A DNA stretch of 64,000 nucleotides, from the IMG/VR virus record IMGVR_UViG_3300050821_018050, positions 64,001-128,000 of that record; one strand, written 5' to 3'. A model generated the notes under the pieces. It saw only the letters and a program-made list of their open reading frames with translations. It had not been told where the DNA came from and did not search any database. How positions within the stretch are numbered: position 1 is the stretch's first letter; each line of letters opens with the position of its first letter. Origin of the DNA: a virus. This document shows, one piece after another, positions 18,390-32,583 of this stretch. A program made the position numbers and the translations under genes.

Positions 18390-21300
18390 TTTAAAGCTTC
18401 CGCAACCGCTAAGATGCTCATTATCACTACAAACACAATTACGTGGTTTACCATATTTTTATTCATTTTATTGCTCCAATTCAAATATATACCTGGTTCT
18501 GTGAGAAAATCCACTAAAATCGAAAAATAATTCTATGCGAGAGAAATTCTTCCAGTTCTCGGGTTTCATGTGGACTTTCCAGAAGTCATGGTCCCACGCT
18601 GCATACAAATACATTTCACCGTTAAGAGCTTTCATCGTAAATATCCGCGATATCCATATAATCTTCTTCATTGAAAAAAATATTATATTCTGTCCATGTA
18701 CTTCCATTGTAACTGTTTACGGTAATGGAGCAGCTAATTCGATCTGGCGTGAATTGATGTTCGTTACCCATAAGCTATCTCAATCTGATATCTAATGATT
18801 GGATATTGGAGTAGTCGAGCTGGCACTTCGTAAAGATTATACCTGTGTCGCATCCACGGAGCACTTGTAATAGTGATATATTTAACTTTCATATTGTACC
18901 ACTATTTCAAATTTAAGTCGCCACCCATCTTTTTCCCTCATTTTGTCGAAAAACTCATAGTACCTGCGCGATAGATAAGGACGAGTAAAATAGTCTGACC
19001 AGTAGTTTTCCTTTTGCCTGACATTTTTAAACATTATCGCCCCAACCTAATCGAAACCACCAATTACCCAACCGCTCAAATAAATTAAGTTTGCCAGCAG
19101 TGTAAAATATAAGCACGGCATATCCGCTATAAAATCGGTTGCCGAAAGTAAGTTTCAATTCTATGTGAGCCCACTTGCTGTCGAAACGCTGCAGTGAGCG
19201 TACTTCGTTCCGATCCGCTAGAATGATGATCCGGCAATATTCCTCTCGCTTTGGAGTGTATTGGAAAACTTGTTCTGGTCCGCCCTTCATTTGTCCTTCT
19301 TTTGACAGTCATCACACTTTTTGACGCGCTTGCCTTTACGCCAAGCCTTGCCTTGGCTACCTTTAATGTAAGTGACAATTACTTTCTTCCATTCGTATTC
19401 GCATTTGCAATTCATTTGACTCTCGCCACAGTCATATTGTTTTTATAATCCTCTGTCAGGTTGCTCATACCATCATATTTGCCAAACCACCAAGCTATTT
19501 GTCCAATTTTGTATCGAGTATTCCAGGTTTGCCTGAAAAAGAAATCCCATCCTGATTTATCCATTTTTATGGTAAAATATTTCATTTTGTATCCCATTTA
19601 GTCCATAGGAGTGTGCCAGCACGCCATCGATAGGTATTGTATGCCTCAGAAAATTCATACCTGAATGGCGATGTTCTGCGATCCCAACTAATGGTAAATT
19701 CCCAAGTGATGTTATTCATTTGGCCACCACAAATGTGTACGCATTACTCATTAACCCCTGCACGAATTGAGTATTAACCAAGTCAGCATCATGCATAGAT
19801 TGTTCCAAAGACCAGCGCTGAAGCAATCCTTCGTCAAAGCGAATATAGAGACAGTAAAAGAAATTATTTAGGTTGCTATCTATCATACTTCCACCATAAA
19901 TGCGATTCTAACCTCAACAGATCGGGATAATTGCCTATAATCTACTTCGTCGGCAGTATGCCATGACCAAGGTGAATAGTCTATTATTTTATTGTAAAGA
20001 TCATTAAAATGGATATAATAAAGTTTAATCATGATCGTCCTTATCAAGTATATCACCAAATTGCAACATGTACAAGCCCGTTTTCATATTTCTACGGATC
20101 CCCCATGGAGTGCCATTCATAACTTCAAGAAGCTCCCTCAATTCTCTTAGGTGGGTTGGGCATGACCACTCGCCGCCTTCGGGGATGTCTAAATGAATGA
20201 CTATCATAGTTTCCAGAGCCCCAGGGCCACGCGAGAAGCTAGTGAGTGTGACCACCTCTTTTCTTTCGACCATAAACCCAATTGGAACATGCCTCTACCA
20301 TCTGCTATCAATAAGAATTGGTATCGCACGATCATGCGGACCACCATGTAAGGAATATTTCATTCCCATGCCCTAAATGATAATCCCAATGCATAAAATA
20401 ATCTTTAGTTTCAACATCATACACTTTAAGTCCTGCCCGATAAAGTGTGGGTGTGTCATATGCGAGATAAAGTATAATTCTGATCGGTTCACGTTTCATA
20501 AATTTGTAAATAAACTACGTTGGCCGCATTTACCAGCCGTTGAGAAGTGTAATTCCATTTCTTCTCGAAGTCCCATGCATTCTTACCTTCGAAGAACCAT
20601 TCAACGTAATGAGCTTCTTCATCATCCTTGCATGCGATTTTAAATATGAAATTAATCATTTTGCCCGTGCCCAATCTCTGATCAAAGCGGCTGATCGCAC
20701 GCATTTATTATTTAGCGCTTCCTGGGTGGTAACCATGCCTATTACTCCCGTATCTCCCTGAATACTATAAGTTAATGTAATGATCCAGTAATAACACATT
20801 TATTGCATCCCCAATGCTATCCAGCCTAATGTGAAGGCATACCATTGAAAACCTAAATCTTCTCGCTTCGCCATATTGTGATAACGATACTCTGTTTGCA
20901 GGCCATTGTCCAGCAGACAAACGAAGATATATTTAATCACCATACATACCGCCACCGATGTATTTTTTGCTCATTGGTCGGTCGACACAAATGATGAATT
21001 TAATAGTGAATGGAAGCGGTGGGGGTGAATTCCAAATGATAAAATTATAAGCACCTTGGCCTATTTGGTAGTTCTTTTTATAGTTGTGTAGTGCTGAATC
21101 TCCGGCCACATTCCACCCCTTTCTATTTTATATTTAGAATATCCCAATGCATATATTCTAAACATTTGGTACCAGACTCCCAGACCGACTCCCTGGCGCA
21201 TCTCGAATGTAAATTTCATGTATATTTAACAGCCTCTCGGATCAACCAGCCAACAGCACCCCAGATGCAGAACGGAATGAATCTTTCAAAGAAAAACTTA

Positions 21301-22243
21301 GTCCACTTAGATTGTATCACTTTTTCGAAGGTTGTCAATGGTGGGGGATTGAATTCGTAATATTGCTTGTAGGGGGAATGCTCGTATACATATATGACAG
21401 CTAATGGTATTTGTCTGCCCTCCCAAGGAGTGTCTCTAAATTCAGGGCTCACCCACCAACCGTATTTCACAAGACTTGCTCTCCCATTTTTATCATAAAT
21501 CTGTCCTTACTTAACCTGAAATTAGACCCGCTCCCTGTCCAGAAATGACCTTTAGCATCCAAAACGCCCTTAAGCGCAAATAACCTCGCTGAATCGAATG
21601 CATAATAAGCCCAAATCTCTTCTTTTTCGTTTTCAAAGTCTAATTCAAAGTTCCAAATTATTATACTACGGGGCGCATTCATTTAGTCCTCTTGATATCC
21701 AAGCCAAGCGCCCGTAAAGATGAAGTCGAATGGCTCCATGCATTATCTAGGATGAGATAATCCAGGCCAAAGGGGCCATAATTTTTGTGCATTAAAGTGA
21801 ATTTGTATCGAAAAATTGTCATTTAACAAATATCTCCCATTTGGGATAGGTCAGAGATCCGATACCTATAGGCTCAATACGGTGTATAGAAATTAATCCG
21901 AACCTCATACTAGGCCACACGACGTGATTGTAATTATTGGGCCAATGGCTTTTAATCACAGTAATTCCTTATTAATTTAGATAGCCAAATAGGAACCAAA
22001 AAACAAACAGTGCTTCCACCTGTGCCAGGCTTAGCGACAAAATATTGAAAATGAGTAGGACTTGAGCACCAGGTTTTCATTTTCTGGGCATTTCCTTTTT
22101 AATAGTTACAATTGCTTCGCCTTCTTCATCTTCCATAATACTGCCATCGTAACTGATCCCATTGGTAGGTAGCCCAAGGCTTGGCCTATTACCGCTCTCA
22201 AAATCTTCCGGCGTTATTTTGCTTATTAAAATTATGAAAGTCT

Positions 22244-22450
22244 TCATTTTCTAAACATTTCCTTAAACCAACGCCAGTGAGCCGCTTTGAATAATTCGGG
22301 ATGAAACATGTCGGAGCCCGAAGGGGGGAAACTTAGGGGGTTACTTTTAATCAATGAATCTACATGAGATTTATATTTGTCCCACCAATCATTAGCCTTT
22401 TGCTTGATTTCTTGCTGCTCGGAGAATTCTAAGTCTGACCATTGTTTCAT
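22244..22450 (-). CDS. Hypothetical protein, 68 aa, leaderless
   Basis: ATG is 6 nt after TATGAT. Confidence 0.7.
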   Translation of the reverse strand: MKQWSDLEFSEQQEIKQKANDWWDKYKSHVDSLIKSNPLSFPPSGSDMFHPELFKAAHWRWFKEMFRK

Positions 22451-22456
22451 AAGTTA

Positions 22457-22485
22457 ATCATATCATACACTACGATCGTTGTCAA
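22457..22485 (-). promoter_or_regulatory. sigma70-type promoter TTGACA-17-(TGa)TATGAT (leaderless)
   Basis: Reverse complement reads TTGACA acgatcgtagtgtatga TATGAT taactt ATG. Confidence 0.85.
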
Positions 22486-23504
22486 GATTTAAGTGTGCTT
22501 TTCAATTCTTATCTGGTAATTGCCAATATAAATGAACATCTTAGGGCGAGCCCATACGTATCCATCAAGCGCTTCTAAAGTGGAGGGCGTAAAGTTCCAA
22601 TCCCTTTCTCTCTCAGTGAATCCCCACAAGAATTTATATTTGCACTTCATTTATACCTAACGATCGACAGCAGCCCAAATGGCAGCCTAGTGACATTTTT
22701 ACCATCGTCATCCAAGTACCAGGCAGCTTTCCTCGGCCCTAATGTACCACCATCCCACCGTTCGAGTCTCCTGATCATTGGGATGTCTTTTTTGCTATTA
22801 AATAAGATTAATATAGTAATTCTCATCGTTTAATGCCCATCCAATGTCTGAGTATGACTGACATGACCCAAGAGTATTTCCCCGATAAACGCCTACTTAA
22901 ATGGATTGTGGCGTTGCGTGGTACGCTATATCTATTAACGAATGCGAGCTTGAAAGTGTATTCATTATCTGACATATTTCCCCAGCAATGTCGAGACATA
23001 TGGCCCACTGACCCGCCATTCGTACTCTTTAAATGTATGGGAATACGAATAAGTGGCTGATGAATAGTTGCCATCGGAATCAGTGGCAACGAAATAAATA
23101 GTGTAATCCGGGTATTGTTTCATTTGATGCGGAACCTTCGCATTGTGCCTTTTGTGCTCATGGCGATTAAATCCCAAGCGTGAAAGGCATTAACCCACCT
23201 ACCTTTAGGAAATAAAAAGTCTTCTTCAGGAGTAAGATATACCTCGAATGCGAATGATTTAGTCATTTTTTATTCTTGGGAAGATTAGAAGTTTTTTGAA
23301 TAAATTTTGAATTATCGGCAGCTTTTTGTTTTTTAGCTATTAATTCATCAATACAATCTAGGCATGTTCCAGGCCCTTTGTACGTTACTTTGTCGCACTT
23401 ATCACAGCGAGATCTTTTTTCAAAAAACATCATATTTTATCCTCGGCAAAACCAACATTTACATGCATGATCGTGATCATAATCTTCGGAGACTTGTTTA
23501 CCCA

Positions 23505-23948
23505 TTAAAATCCCGCTTTCTTGAGATCACCGATAAGTTTTTTGATGGCGTTCTTAAAACGAACTCCCTTACCTTTGTATTCAGGCATTTCGCGGTTAAA
23601 CCTGTCGCTGCCACTCAATCTGTACAAGTCATCATGGATGCCGAGATACTCAAAAGCGGTATCGCATTCACCCATGCGAAATAAATCAATGGCTCTTAAG
23701 GCATAATGATTGTGATCACCAAAAACTTCTGGGTGTACAGTTTTTGTCTTGGGAGTTTTCAGGGTGCGAGCCATAACGGCTCCTGCCAGACAGACCGAGC
23801 AAGTGTCAGAGCTACTGTAAGATGCCTGATGGTAGTCCCACATATCAATCCTATAATCTTTCTTGAGTTTCTCAACCTTTTGAAGGTCTTTAAGAGCGAT
23901 TGTTAATAATTTAGACGGTTTATACGGAAGTTTTACTTTTTTAGCCAT
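23505..23948 (-). CDS. Hypothetical protein, 147 aa (CSVCLAGAV motif)
   Basis: ORF track; CxxC-containing phage-type hypothetical. Confidence 0.7.
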   Translation of the reverse strand: MAKKVKLPYKPSKLLTIALKDLQKVEKLKKDYRIDMWDYHQASYSSSDTCSVCLAGAVMARTLKTPKTKTVHPEVFGDHNHYALRAIDLFRMGECDTAFEYLGIHDDLYRLSGSDRFNREMPEYKGKGVRFKNAIKKLIGDLKKAGF

Positions 23949-25030
23949 ACCAATATTCTACTTCAATCTACGTATTTTGTCAAGGATTTTCTGTACCCAA
24001 TTTTGTGTTGCAGCCTGCCAGTCGGCTTCCCAATCGGTGACCGCGTATTCGACTTCATATTTAGGTGGATTGTTTGGGTGAGTTATATTACCAATAGAAT
24101 TGGCGTACCAGCCACCCCCGGCTCCAGTCCCGACCCATTTAAACCATTTTCCGCGCTCCCAATATCGAGCCTGTCGTTCATCCCATACATCAACCTCAAG
24201 ATAAACTATAGCGTAGTACTTCATTTGTTGTTGCTTTCTAAAAACGCTTGGTAAATAGTGTACTTGACCATTACTTTTATAAGGTGACTGGGTGATGTTG
24301 TTAAATATGGCACACTAAGCCAATCTTTTACGAACCACCGGCTAAGTAAAGGAATCATGAATCTTTCCTCATTGCGAGTACACTCTATAGAGATTCTAAT
24401 TATTTCGACGTTCATAGTTCTATGTACCAATCTGGTCCTTCGAATTCATCGCTATAGTAACGTATAGCATATACACGATCTTTATTGTCGGCGTAATAAC
24501 ATGCTCGTAGTTTAAATGGATAGATCATTGTTTCACCATGAAAATAAAACTTACATCCCAAGATTGAAGATTTTTAAAATGCATTTCCGCAACAGGAAAC
24601 TGTCCTTTATCGGTCGGCACCTCTGATAATGTTGTGTACATCTTTATCCTATTCCTCATATGGCTATTATGAATGAAATACAGCACTATCATACATTTTT
24701 CCCCATCAGGAAATATACTTCGGTTGAGAAATCATTCGATTGCACAGCGATTACTTCTACAATGGTAGCACTACTAAATGTCGTATTGAAAGTAAATTCG
24801 TCCATGGGATGGAAAAATTTACCGGAGCGGTATTGGCAGACCCATTCATAATTCATGAAATGATGCTCCTGGTGAACGCGGAACATTTACCCATTTAAAA
24901 ATTATACGACGGTTTAAGTTCGGTAACATGCCAGCGAACTGCCAATAGGAATGATAAATTCCTAGCTTAAATGGCCAATTGCAATTGTAGTAAGGCGATC
25001 CTTCGGCTTCGATACAGATTCTAACGTATT

Positions 25031-25189
25031 TCACGACAGGTGCTCCCAATAGGTTTGATAATGGAGGGTAATTATTCCAGCTAAATGGTCAGCTTGTACC
25101 CCACAAAATAGATCTGAAGATTGTTTATTAAAAAACTCAGAGCCTTCTTCGTCAGAAACACTAATATCCAAATAATATTTAATCATCAT
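25031..25189 (-). CDS. Micro-protein, 52 aa (MMIKYYLDISVSDEEGSEFF...)
   Basis: Hand-translated; ATGA and GTGA overlaps. Confidence 0.55.
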   Translation of the reverse strand: MMIKYYLDISVSDEEGSEFFNKQSSDLFCGVQADHLAGIITLHYQTYWEHLS

Positions 25190-26958
25190 CGAGCCTGCTC
25201 CCAACTAAAAAAGCAATGAAGGGTGCTCACGCCAGATCCTACCCTACTCGAAACAGCTAAACTCATCCAACGGCTCCTCTTAAGAAAAAACATGTTAATT
25301 GTTTTTCTGTCATATTCAGCTTCAATCATATATCGTTTTTCAATCACAGTTTTACTCGATCCCAATGAAAAAAGTATTCTATCAGTCTGATATCCTGCCA
25401 AGAATTGCCCTTACCTTTACATTTCATCCATTGGCTTTCCTTATGGAAAAATTGTATGACTTCTGGCCGATTTACTCCCACATGAATTTCGTAACGCCTC
25501 ACACAAGTCATCGGATGCCCCAAATATATTCGAATCCCATACTGCACGTGTGATGGTAATTTAGTCCGCTTTGTGGATATGGTGTATGAAAACGAATATC
25601 ACCAGCAATACGAGAAGAATTCCATTCCCGTCGCTTGACGGTGATGATAAACATCGCATCTTTCATAATAAGCCCAATCTTTTCTTCGCAGCTTGCCCAA
25701 TGTGCCAATCGTAGTTCCTTCTCCCGATCCGTACACGGCAATCCAGCCAGGTTGTTCCCCAAGCGTCTTGGTAGGCTACTTCGAATTGCCATACTAATTT
25801 TTTACCCATAAATTACCCTACCCCTAAAAAGTTCCAAAGTCTACTCGGAGCCATAAATTTGTGTTTGGATGCACGAGTGTGCCATTGGAGCCTCATCCAT
25901 GGTTCATTCCAAATCCCGTACATATCTTCCGTGATGGGATTAAATTCAAACGTCCAACAAAGATCTTTATCTTTTTCAATATTAATTGCGATCATCAATA
26001 TGATGCCCCCAAATAATCAGCCATCATATGGCTCATGGTCCAACCCCAGTCTTGTTCAATTGTGCCATATTGGTTGCCCATATGGATCCAACCTCTGTAT
26101 TTATGTTCTGGCAACAGAATATGAAATTCAAATAGCGTGAGCTTCATTATTTATTCCCTATAATACGCAGAAAATTAGTGGAAGTATACATTCGATATGC
26201 ATAACCGATCGGGATATAATTGCTGAAGTAAGAAAGGTGGCCAACAAAGTCTCGGTGAATGTATTCTCCACCGACTACGAAATCAAATTGAATGGAATTA
26301 ACCATAAGACCCCATTATATGGGAGGCGTAGCCTGTGTGTGCAACTCGGTACTGGCGCTTAAAGAGTGGGTGTGGGTACACGATAAATGTAATTTCACCA
26401 TGAGCAAGGTAGTTATGCTTCAAAACTCCTGATATAGTGATGGTGATTGAGTCGAAAAAGTTCATTTTGTAGCCTGCCATAATCTAGTAAATGATCTGCT
26501 AGTGAAACGTTGATATTTTTTACCAAACACAGCAGGATGCCATGCAAAAGTAAGTGTTGTTCTCACCCAATGGCGCTCACTGATATTGCCTTCGAATGTA
26601 AAAGTATATGTTTGACGTTTCATCTCTTGCGTTTCCCTGACCACGCTTTTCGGATTAGACGACTCATATTGTCTGGGTGTATCGGATAAAACATGATGTG
26701 AGGATCTTTTTGGTGAGCCTTAAACGCATCGCCCACATGCCAAAACAATGACAAGGCCATGCGATTAATGGCAGGCCAGTCTTCCGTTTTAACGCACACT
26801 TCTATGGCGATAGACTCAATTTGCATGATACTCCAGACAGAACGTACTTTTTTGCCAATCTATATAAACTCCCCATGGATCATTACGCCACCCCAAATCT
26901 GGTAACCACTCCAGATCATTCGTACCACGAATGTAATTTAGGGTGATTTTGATGATCA

Positions 26959-27201
26959 TTATTTAATTTTAAAAGTAGATTTATGGAGTTTTGCTAGTGA
27001 CTTTTCAAGGCTCGCAATTTTATTGGCTTTCATTTTGTTGTAGATCGCTTCAGCCTCTTCTAAACTTTGAGTCCATTGGCCTTTATGGTAATAGCTATAT
27101 GGTCCAACTTTGATCATGTTATCGAAACCTGGCCCGCAATGCTCAGCATTAGTCGAGTAAATACCTTTTGTAAGAGCAAATTTCAGAATATAAACTTTCA
27201 T
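26959..27201 (-). CDS. Hypothetical protein, 80 aa, leaderless, coiled C-terminus
   Basis: ATG is 6 nt after TAAAGT. Confidence 0.75.
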   Translation of the reverse strand: MKVYILKFALTKGIYSTNAEHCGPGFDNMIKVGPYSYYHKGQWTQSLEEAEAIYNKMKANKIASLEKSLAKLHKSTFKIK

Positions 27202-27207
27202 ATATAA

Positions 27208-27236
27208 ACTTTACCATACTAATTCGATTAAGTCAA
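27208..27236 (-). promoter_or_regulatory. sigma70-type promoter TTGACT-17-(TGg)TAAAGT (leaderless)
   Basis: Reverse complement reads TTGACT taatcgaattagtatgg TAAAGT ttatat ATG. Confidence 0.8.
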
Positions 27237-28440
27237 TATTTAATATCTGTAAGTTAAAACAAAGTGATATGGACTAATTACAATGGGGATCGACCATTTG
27301 CTGCGGGCCTGATGAGCCACGCTCCAGAAGTCGCCGTAGTTTTTTAATTTTTCTACGGCTATCTCAATCTTAATCATGAGTAGAATATTCCCAATAACTG
27401 TCCATAAAATTCCAATAAAGAGTCCATCGACCATAAGATTGTGAGATAGCCGTCATTGATACGTTTTGGGTCCAATACGGGAATGCTCGGACTTGTATGG
27501 TGAATTTCATACGGTATAATAAGTCCAAATTCTAGCCACTGTGTCCCATCGGCTAATGAAGTTGGGGCTCACTTTGTGACCATCAGGCATAATCTCTGCC
27601 ATAGTTATCTTGCTAGAATGATGGTGAGTAACAAATATTTTAAAAATGGAATTTCGCAATTACGGCCTCATCCCCAGCTACAAAATGATAGCCATTATAA
27701 TCCATCCATTTGCATAACACGGGTTTATCATCGATTACTATGTCACTAAACCATTCCCAATCTTTTCGGTCAACGATTACATAAATGATGCCGTGACTCA
27801 ATACTTCGCCCATTTTTTATAGTCCTTTACATCGATCTGATAAATGTTCCCACGCTTGGTCGTATACCAGCCTTTGTAAACATGGCGGTACCGTCTTTTG
27901 GTTTCAGGTTTAGTGCGCTCATGGCGACCAAACATGTTAAATTCTTTTGGGGTTGCATAAACTTTGATTACGAATGTCATGTGAGGTAAAATTCCCAGTT
28001 TTCACTTTCGTGATTGTATTTGATTTCCCAATATTTGGCTAGAAAATTGGGTGAAAATACCAAAAGTTTCCCCTGCAAAGATGGTTCCCACGATATTGAC
28101 TTCATAGTAATAAGTATTTCTATTTTCATCCTCTAAACACAATCCCTAAATGCCGCGCTGCATCGCCGCTAAAATACCATCCAGAATAGGTCCCGTGGTA
28201 TTTTGGGTAAAGTCGACCAAAACCCCAACCAACAGTACCCCATTCAACCTTAAAATCCCAAACCGTCAAATAATCTTTCACTTAAACCTCATCTCGATGA
28301 TAATTTTAGTGTATCCGTGATTGCCCCACAGTTGATAACCTACAATTGGTATTTTCAAGGCTTTGCAGCGTTGAAGCGTGACGCTATCTGCCCTTCGATA
28401 GTAATCATCGCGGTGGCCCCTGAATTCCCATTCGTATGGC

Positions 28441-28596
28441 TTAGATTTGAGGATGACCATTTTGATCCTCATATATGGCCAAAATATATATTCCACTTCG
28501 ATACTTTACGATTCTGGTCTTTACGATTCTGGTATAGTAAAGGAACGGAAAACATGCGGAGATCTCATTATAAAATTCAAATGACCAGGTTTTCAT
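28441..28596 (-). CDS. Micro-protein, 51 aa, with internal TRIVK-TRIVK duplication
   Basis: Hand translation: MKTWSFEFYNEISACFPFLYYTRIVKTRIVKYRSGIYILAIYEDQNGHPQI. Confidence 0.55.
   Translation of the reverse strand: MKTWSFEFYNEISACFPFLYYTRIVKTRIVKYRSGIYILAIYEDQNGHPQI
28504..28533. repeat. Perfect 15-bp tandem duplication (ctttacgattctggt x2)
   Basis: Read directly from the sequence. Confidence 0.9.
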
Positions 28597-30674
28597 AATT
28601 TATCTCGGGTATAAGCGTCTATCGTATAAACAATGGAGGAATCATGCATAAATTCATTCTTAGTAATGGTTATACTATAAAAGTAATCCCTTACCCATTC
28701 CCTGCACCAATAATTACCGTGATCAACTCCTCTCGCCATCGGAATACCTTACTGCATCACTGGTGATGCTCATAATATACATACCAAAATAATAAATAGC
28801 AACCCGGTTATGTGGACGAACAATGCCAGGGAATTCCGGCCCTAAACAATCATTAAATTCAATTAGGTAATTATATCTGGCATACCTCCTACATTTCATT
28901 CGCTCACCTCAAACCACCAATGCGCCCCAACATTAAAATCGGGCAATGACGGATAAGTATGAAAAACAATACTGATCACGCCTTCGTCAAATGGTTCGCA
29001 AACAAAACCCAATTTATCATAGAAAGTGTATTCTCCGACAGTTCCATTAAATCTCATATACTGGATCCCTTTTTAACTCTATCACAAAAAAGTATTCTGG
29101 TAAACGACCAAACTTAACGTGCAGAAACATCTCAAGATATTTATCATTGCTGAATGTACAGGCTTCAATATCGTCACCATCGAAAAATGCTATAGTCGTA
29201 GTGTACTTATTCACTTTGGCATTCTCCCTAAGAATTGCCATATTTCGATAGATGCAAAGCCCCAAGCCCATCCCTCGCGACATTGATCTACTTCTATACT
29301 TCCAGATCCAAATGGTTCAAAATATATCCTGATTTTGTATTTCATTGGCCAATCTCTATTTCGTAGCAAGGATCCTTCCAATTATCTTTACTGGTTTTAA
29401 TGTAAATCTTACTTGTTAAACTGAGCATGTCTAGGTTCCACAGAGTATAATAGCCTGCTAGCCAAGGATAGGTGTACAGCCATTTGGTCATATTACCTCG
29501 AAATCAAAATGCATCCAATTGTCGTTTTGCCATACCCTATATTCGACGATTCTTTTGTTCATTATGGTTTTATAAAGGAATGCGCGGTCGCTTTTAACGT
29601 GATCGAATGCCATTTCATTTTCAAACCTGACTAGCCACTGATAGATCATTGCTTCACCTTAATTTGGCAATACCCACCATAATAAGTATACTTAAACGTT
29701 CCATCGTATTCGTGAAAAGTGTGCATAAATGCCGGTCTATCGCAGCGATAAAAATTAACACTACCAGCTGGTTTAAATGACCACCCATGGAATCTCATTA
29801 GAATGACTTCCATTCGATGGTAATATAACGCCATCGATTGAAATATGGGTAAAATCTTACTTCAATAGTGTTCATAAACGGGTCAGCCCAAATGTATTTT
29901 TTGCTCATTGGCCCGTTACTCCAAAGATTCCGACTATCCATTTCTTACCTCGATTATATAATATCCGTTCCAAGGATTACTTGTTTTGTCAAACTTGATC
30001 TGATATTCGTACATTTTAGGCCAGCGGACCTGACCTCCCCAAACAAGATCTCCAAAATAACCACTAGACATTCTAAAAATTCTGTAGATTCTTTTCATTT
30101 TAACTCAATTTTAAAAGACATCGGATATGGATTATCTTGGTTCCACATAAAATATGACCAATCTCCACTTTTATACCAAAAATATTTTTCTTTTACCAAT
30201 CCCATACTTCCCATACTGTTCTGAAAATCGGATTCGGTCTTACGCGGTACGAAGTACACCTAGCCCTATATTCGTAACATTTTTTAAAACTGTAGGTTTG
30301 TGACGGCTTTCCCTCGTCAAATTCAATAGAAAATTTCTTAAAAATCATTGATACCAATCCAACCTACCGAACTTATTTCAAATGTTATCCATGTATCCCA
30401 ATGACCCACATATAAAGAGTACTCTGCTCGCGCCCATGTGTCAAAGTGTTTTTCATCAAGGGTGTATCTACCTAGCTGGGGCTTTGGCGTAAATTCCCAA
30501 AGATAATAGGAATATCTCATGTGGGTCATGTTGGCTCCATGTCAAAGCTCCAGAGTTTTTCGGAAGCTTTCCCGATAACTATTATATGGTATATGTTAGC
30601 AAAATCATCAAAATGCGTCGAAGAAACAAAATAAGTTCTAGGATCGTAAGGGAACTTCATCCAAGTGGCGTACC

Positions 30675-30815
30675 TCATAATTCCCTTTCAAGTGTTAAGA
30701 TAATATAATTTTTCAAATAACTTTCTAGTGATGATTTCCAATACCGATCAACCCAAGCTCTGTTCAGGAAATCATAGTCTTCTTTATTGGTGCAAATAAT
30801 ATCAATTCTGATCAT
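30675..30815 (-). CDS. Micro-protein, 46 aa (MIRIDIICTNKEDYDFLNRAW...)
   Basis: Hand-translated; ATGA overlap downstream. Confidence 0.55.
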   Translation of the reverse strand: MIRIDIICTNKEDYDFLNRAWVDRYWKSSLESYLKNYIILTLEREL

Positions 30816-32346
30816 GAAATGCCTTTTTTAGCCGTACCATTATGCCATCTGTGTGTCCGTATTCTAAAGTTCTGTCCCACTCCATTACAGTCAATGCGGT
30901 TAAGAAAACTGTGTGATTGATGCCAAAAGGTAAAAATACGATCATTGTTATTATTTTGTCCATATCGTCACGTCGTACCCCAGTCCCCAAGAATTGGCTC
31001 CGCTCCATTTGTGATTTCCGATAACATTATTCACCATGAAAAAATCATCTGCGCCGTCTGAAGACAAGATTAACTGTATTTCAAACCAATGCCTCATTTG
31101 CGCTTTGTCCATATGATGACCTCGCTCTCATCACTCCACCTGCGAGTCCCGGCCCATAGGTCATCTTTCCCGTACATAAGAATGTCCATGAAATCTCTAC
31201 CGACAGGCGGAATGCCAATTTGGATGATTATGGTAAAGCGCAAATCTTTCAGCATTTCATCACCCATGAGTCTCCAATAGCAACCAATAAAATCCAGTAT
31301 ACATGAACCATTTCGAGCTGCGAGCATTTTTGCCATGCCACTCTCGCCCATCATGTCCATAATCTATATAAATTTGGTATCGACGTTTGAATTTATCCAC
31401 GATACCCCGCAATGTGATCTTGTGGATAAAGAAAAATCGTAGCCGTTACATGAGAGAATTCCCATATGTACGTAGCATTTATGCACCGACTCGACAGTCC
31501 CATTTCATCGTCGTCAAGCTCTATTATTATCATAAACCATAAAAATATACATTTCTGGATGGTCAACCGTAGTACTCCACCTGGAATATATGGGAGGGAG
31601 ATCCAGTATCAGTTCAAACATGCTTTCATCTAGCGTAACATCAAATTTGTAATAAGTCATTAGCGATACCATTCCAATACTAAATAATCTTTAGTGCCAC
31701 ATGCGTGCCATCGCTCAGACTCTAAAACGGCCTCAACAAATGGATCGTCACTTCTCTTAAGAATGACGAAGATTTCAATTTTCATTCACCCACCTTACCA
31801 TAATAATTGCTATGACTTATATGCGGGTAAAATGCGAAATGATCTGGGCGACCGTGGATGCTCCACAGATCGCTATTAAACTGGTCCAGTATGAAATGGA
31901 GTTCATCTCGATCTTTCCACATCACAATGATAACGATTTTAGAAACGTTCACCAACTCTCCTAACGTGGAAAAGCAGCCAGTGTAAAGTTTGATTTGGTT
32001 TTTGATCTCGCATCAGTAAGCTTCGATAAAATGAATCATCGAGGTTGTCGTCAAGTTCTATGTCGATTTTAATCATTCATACTCCACTATAAAATAACCT
32101 TTGGTTAAGACGGCAGAATTAAATATATTTTGAATAATTTTTGTATCATCGTATCGTGCGCTGTACGCCCAATACCTATTACTATTCCACGCGTAAACCA
32201 TTACCATGGGTCAAAATGTCCATAATAAGCCTTACTTAACTTTACTTCATTGCCCCACCAATGAAAAGGATGTATTCGCCGCCATGTTTTATAAATAGTT
32301 GCCAGCCAAACATGCTCTGATTCTTTGCCGTCTACTAATATTTCGA

Positions 32347-32583
32347 TCATCGTACCGCCAGCAATTGCCTTTGTGCTTCAGCCAGCTCCTCGCGCAGGAT
32401 TTGATTTTCTTGCAATAATATAATCACTTCTTGCTCTGCGGTGCTTAATTCCTTAGCCATCATTGGGCTTAAGCCCTCGAAGCTCAGTGGGGTAGGGAAT
32501 ACGATATTCCAGTTTCCCTCTTTGGTGGACCCTGTAGCGATTAAGCGGAACAGTTTTTCAGCGAATGTTTGTAGTTTTTTCAT
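32347..32583 (-). CDS. Hypothetical protein, 78 aa, C-terminal coiled coil
   Basis: ORF track; SD AAGGA upstream. Confidence 0.65.
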   Translation of the reverse strand: MKKLQTFAEKLFRLIATGSTKEGNWNIVFPTPLSFEGLSPMMAKELSTAEQEVIILLQENQILREELAEAQRQLLAVR

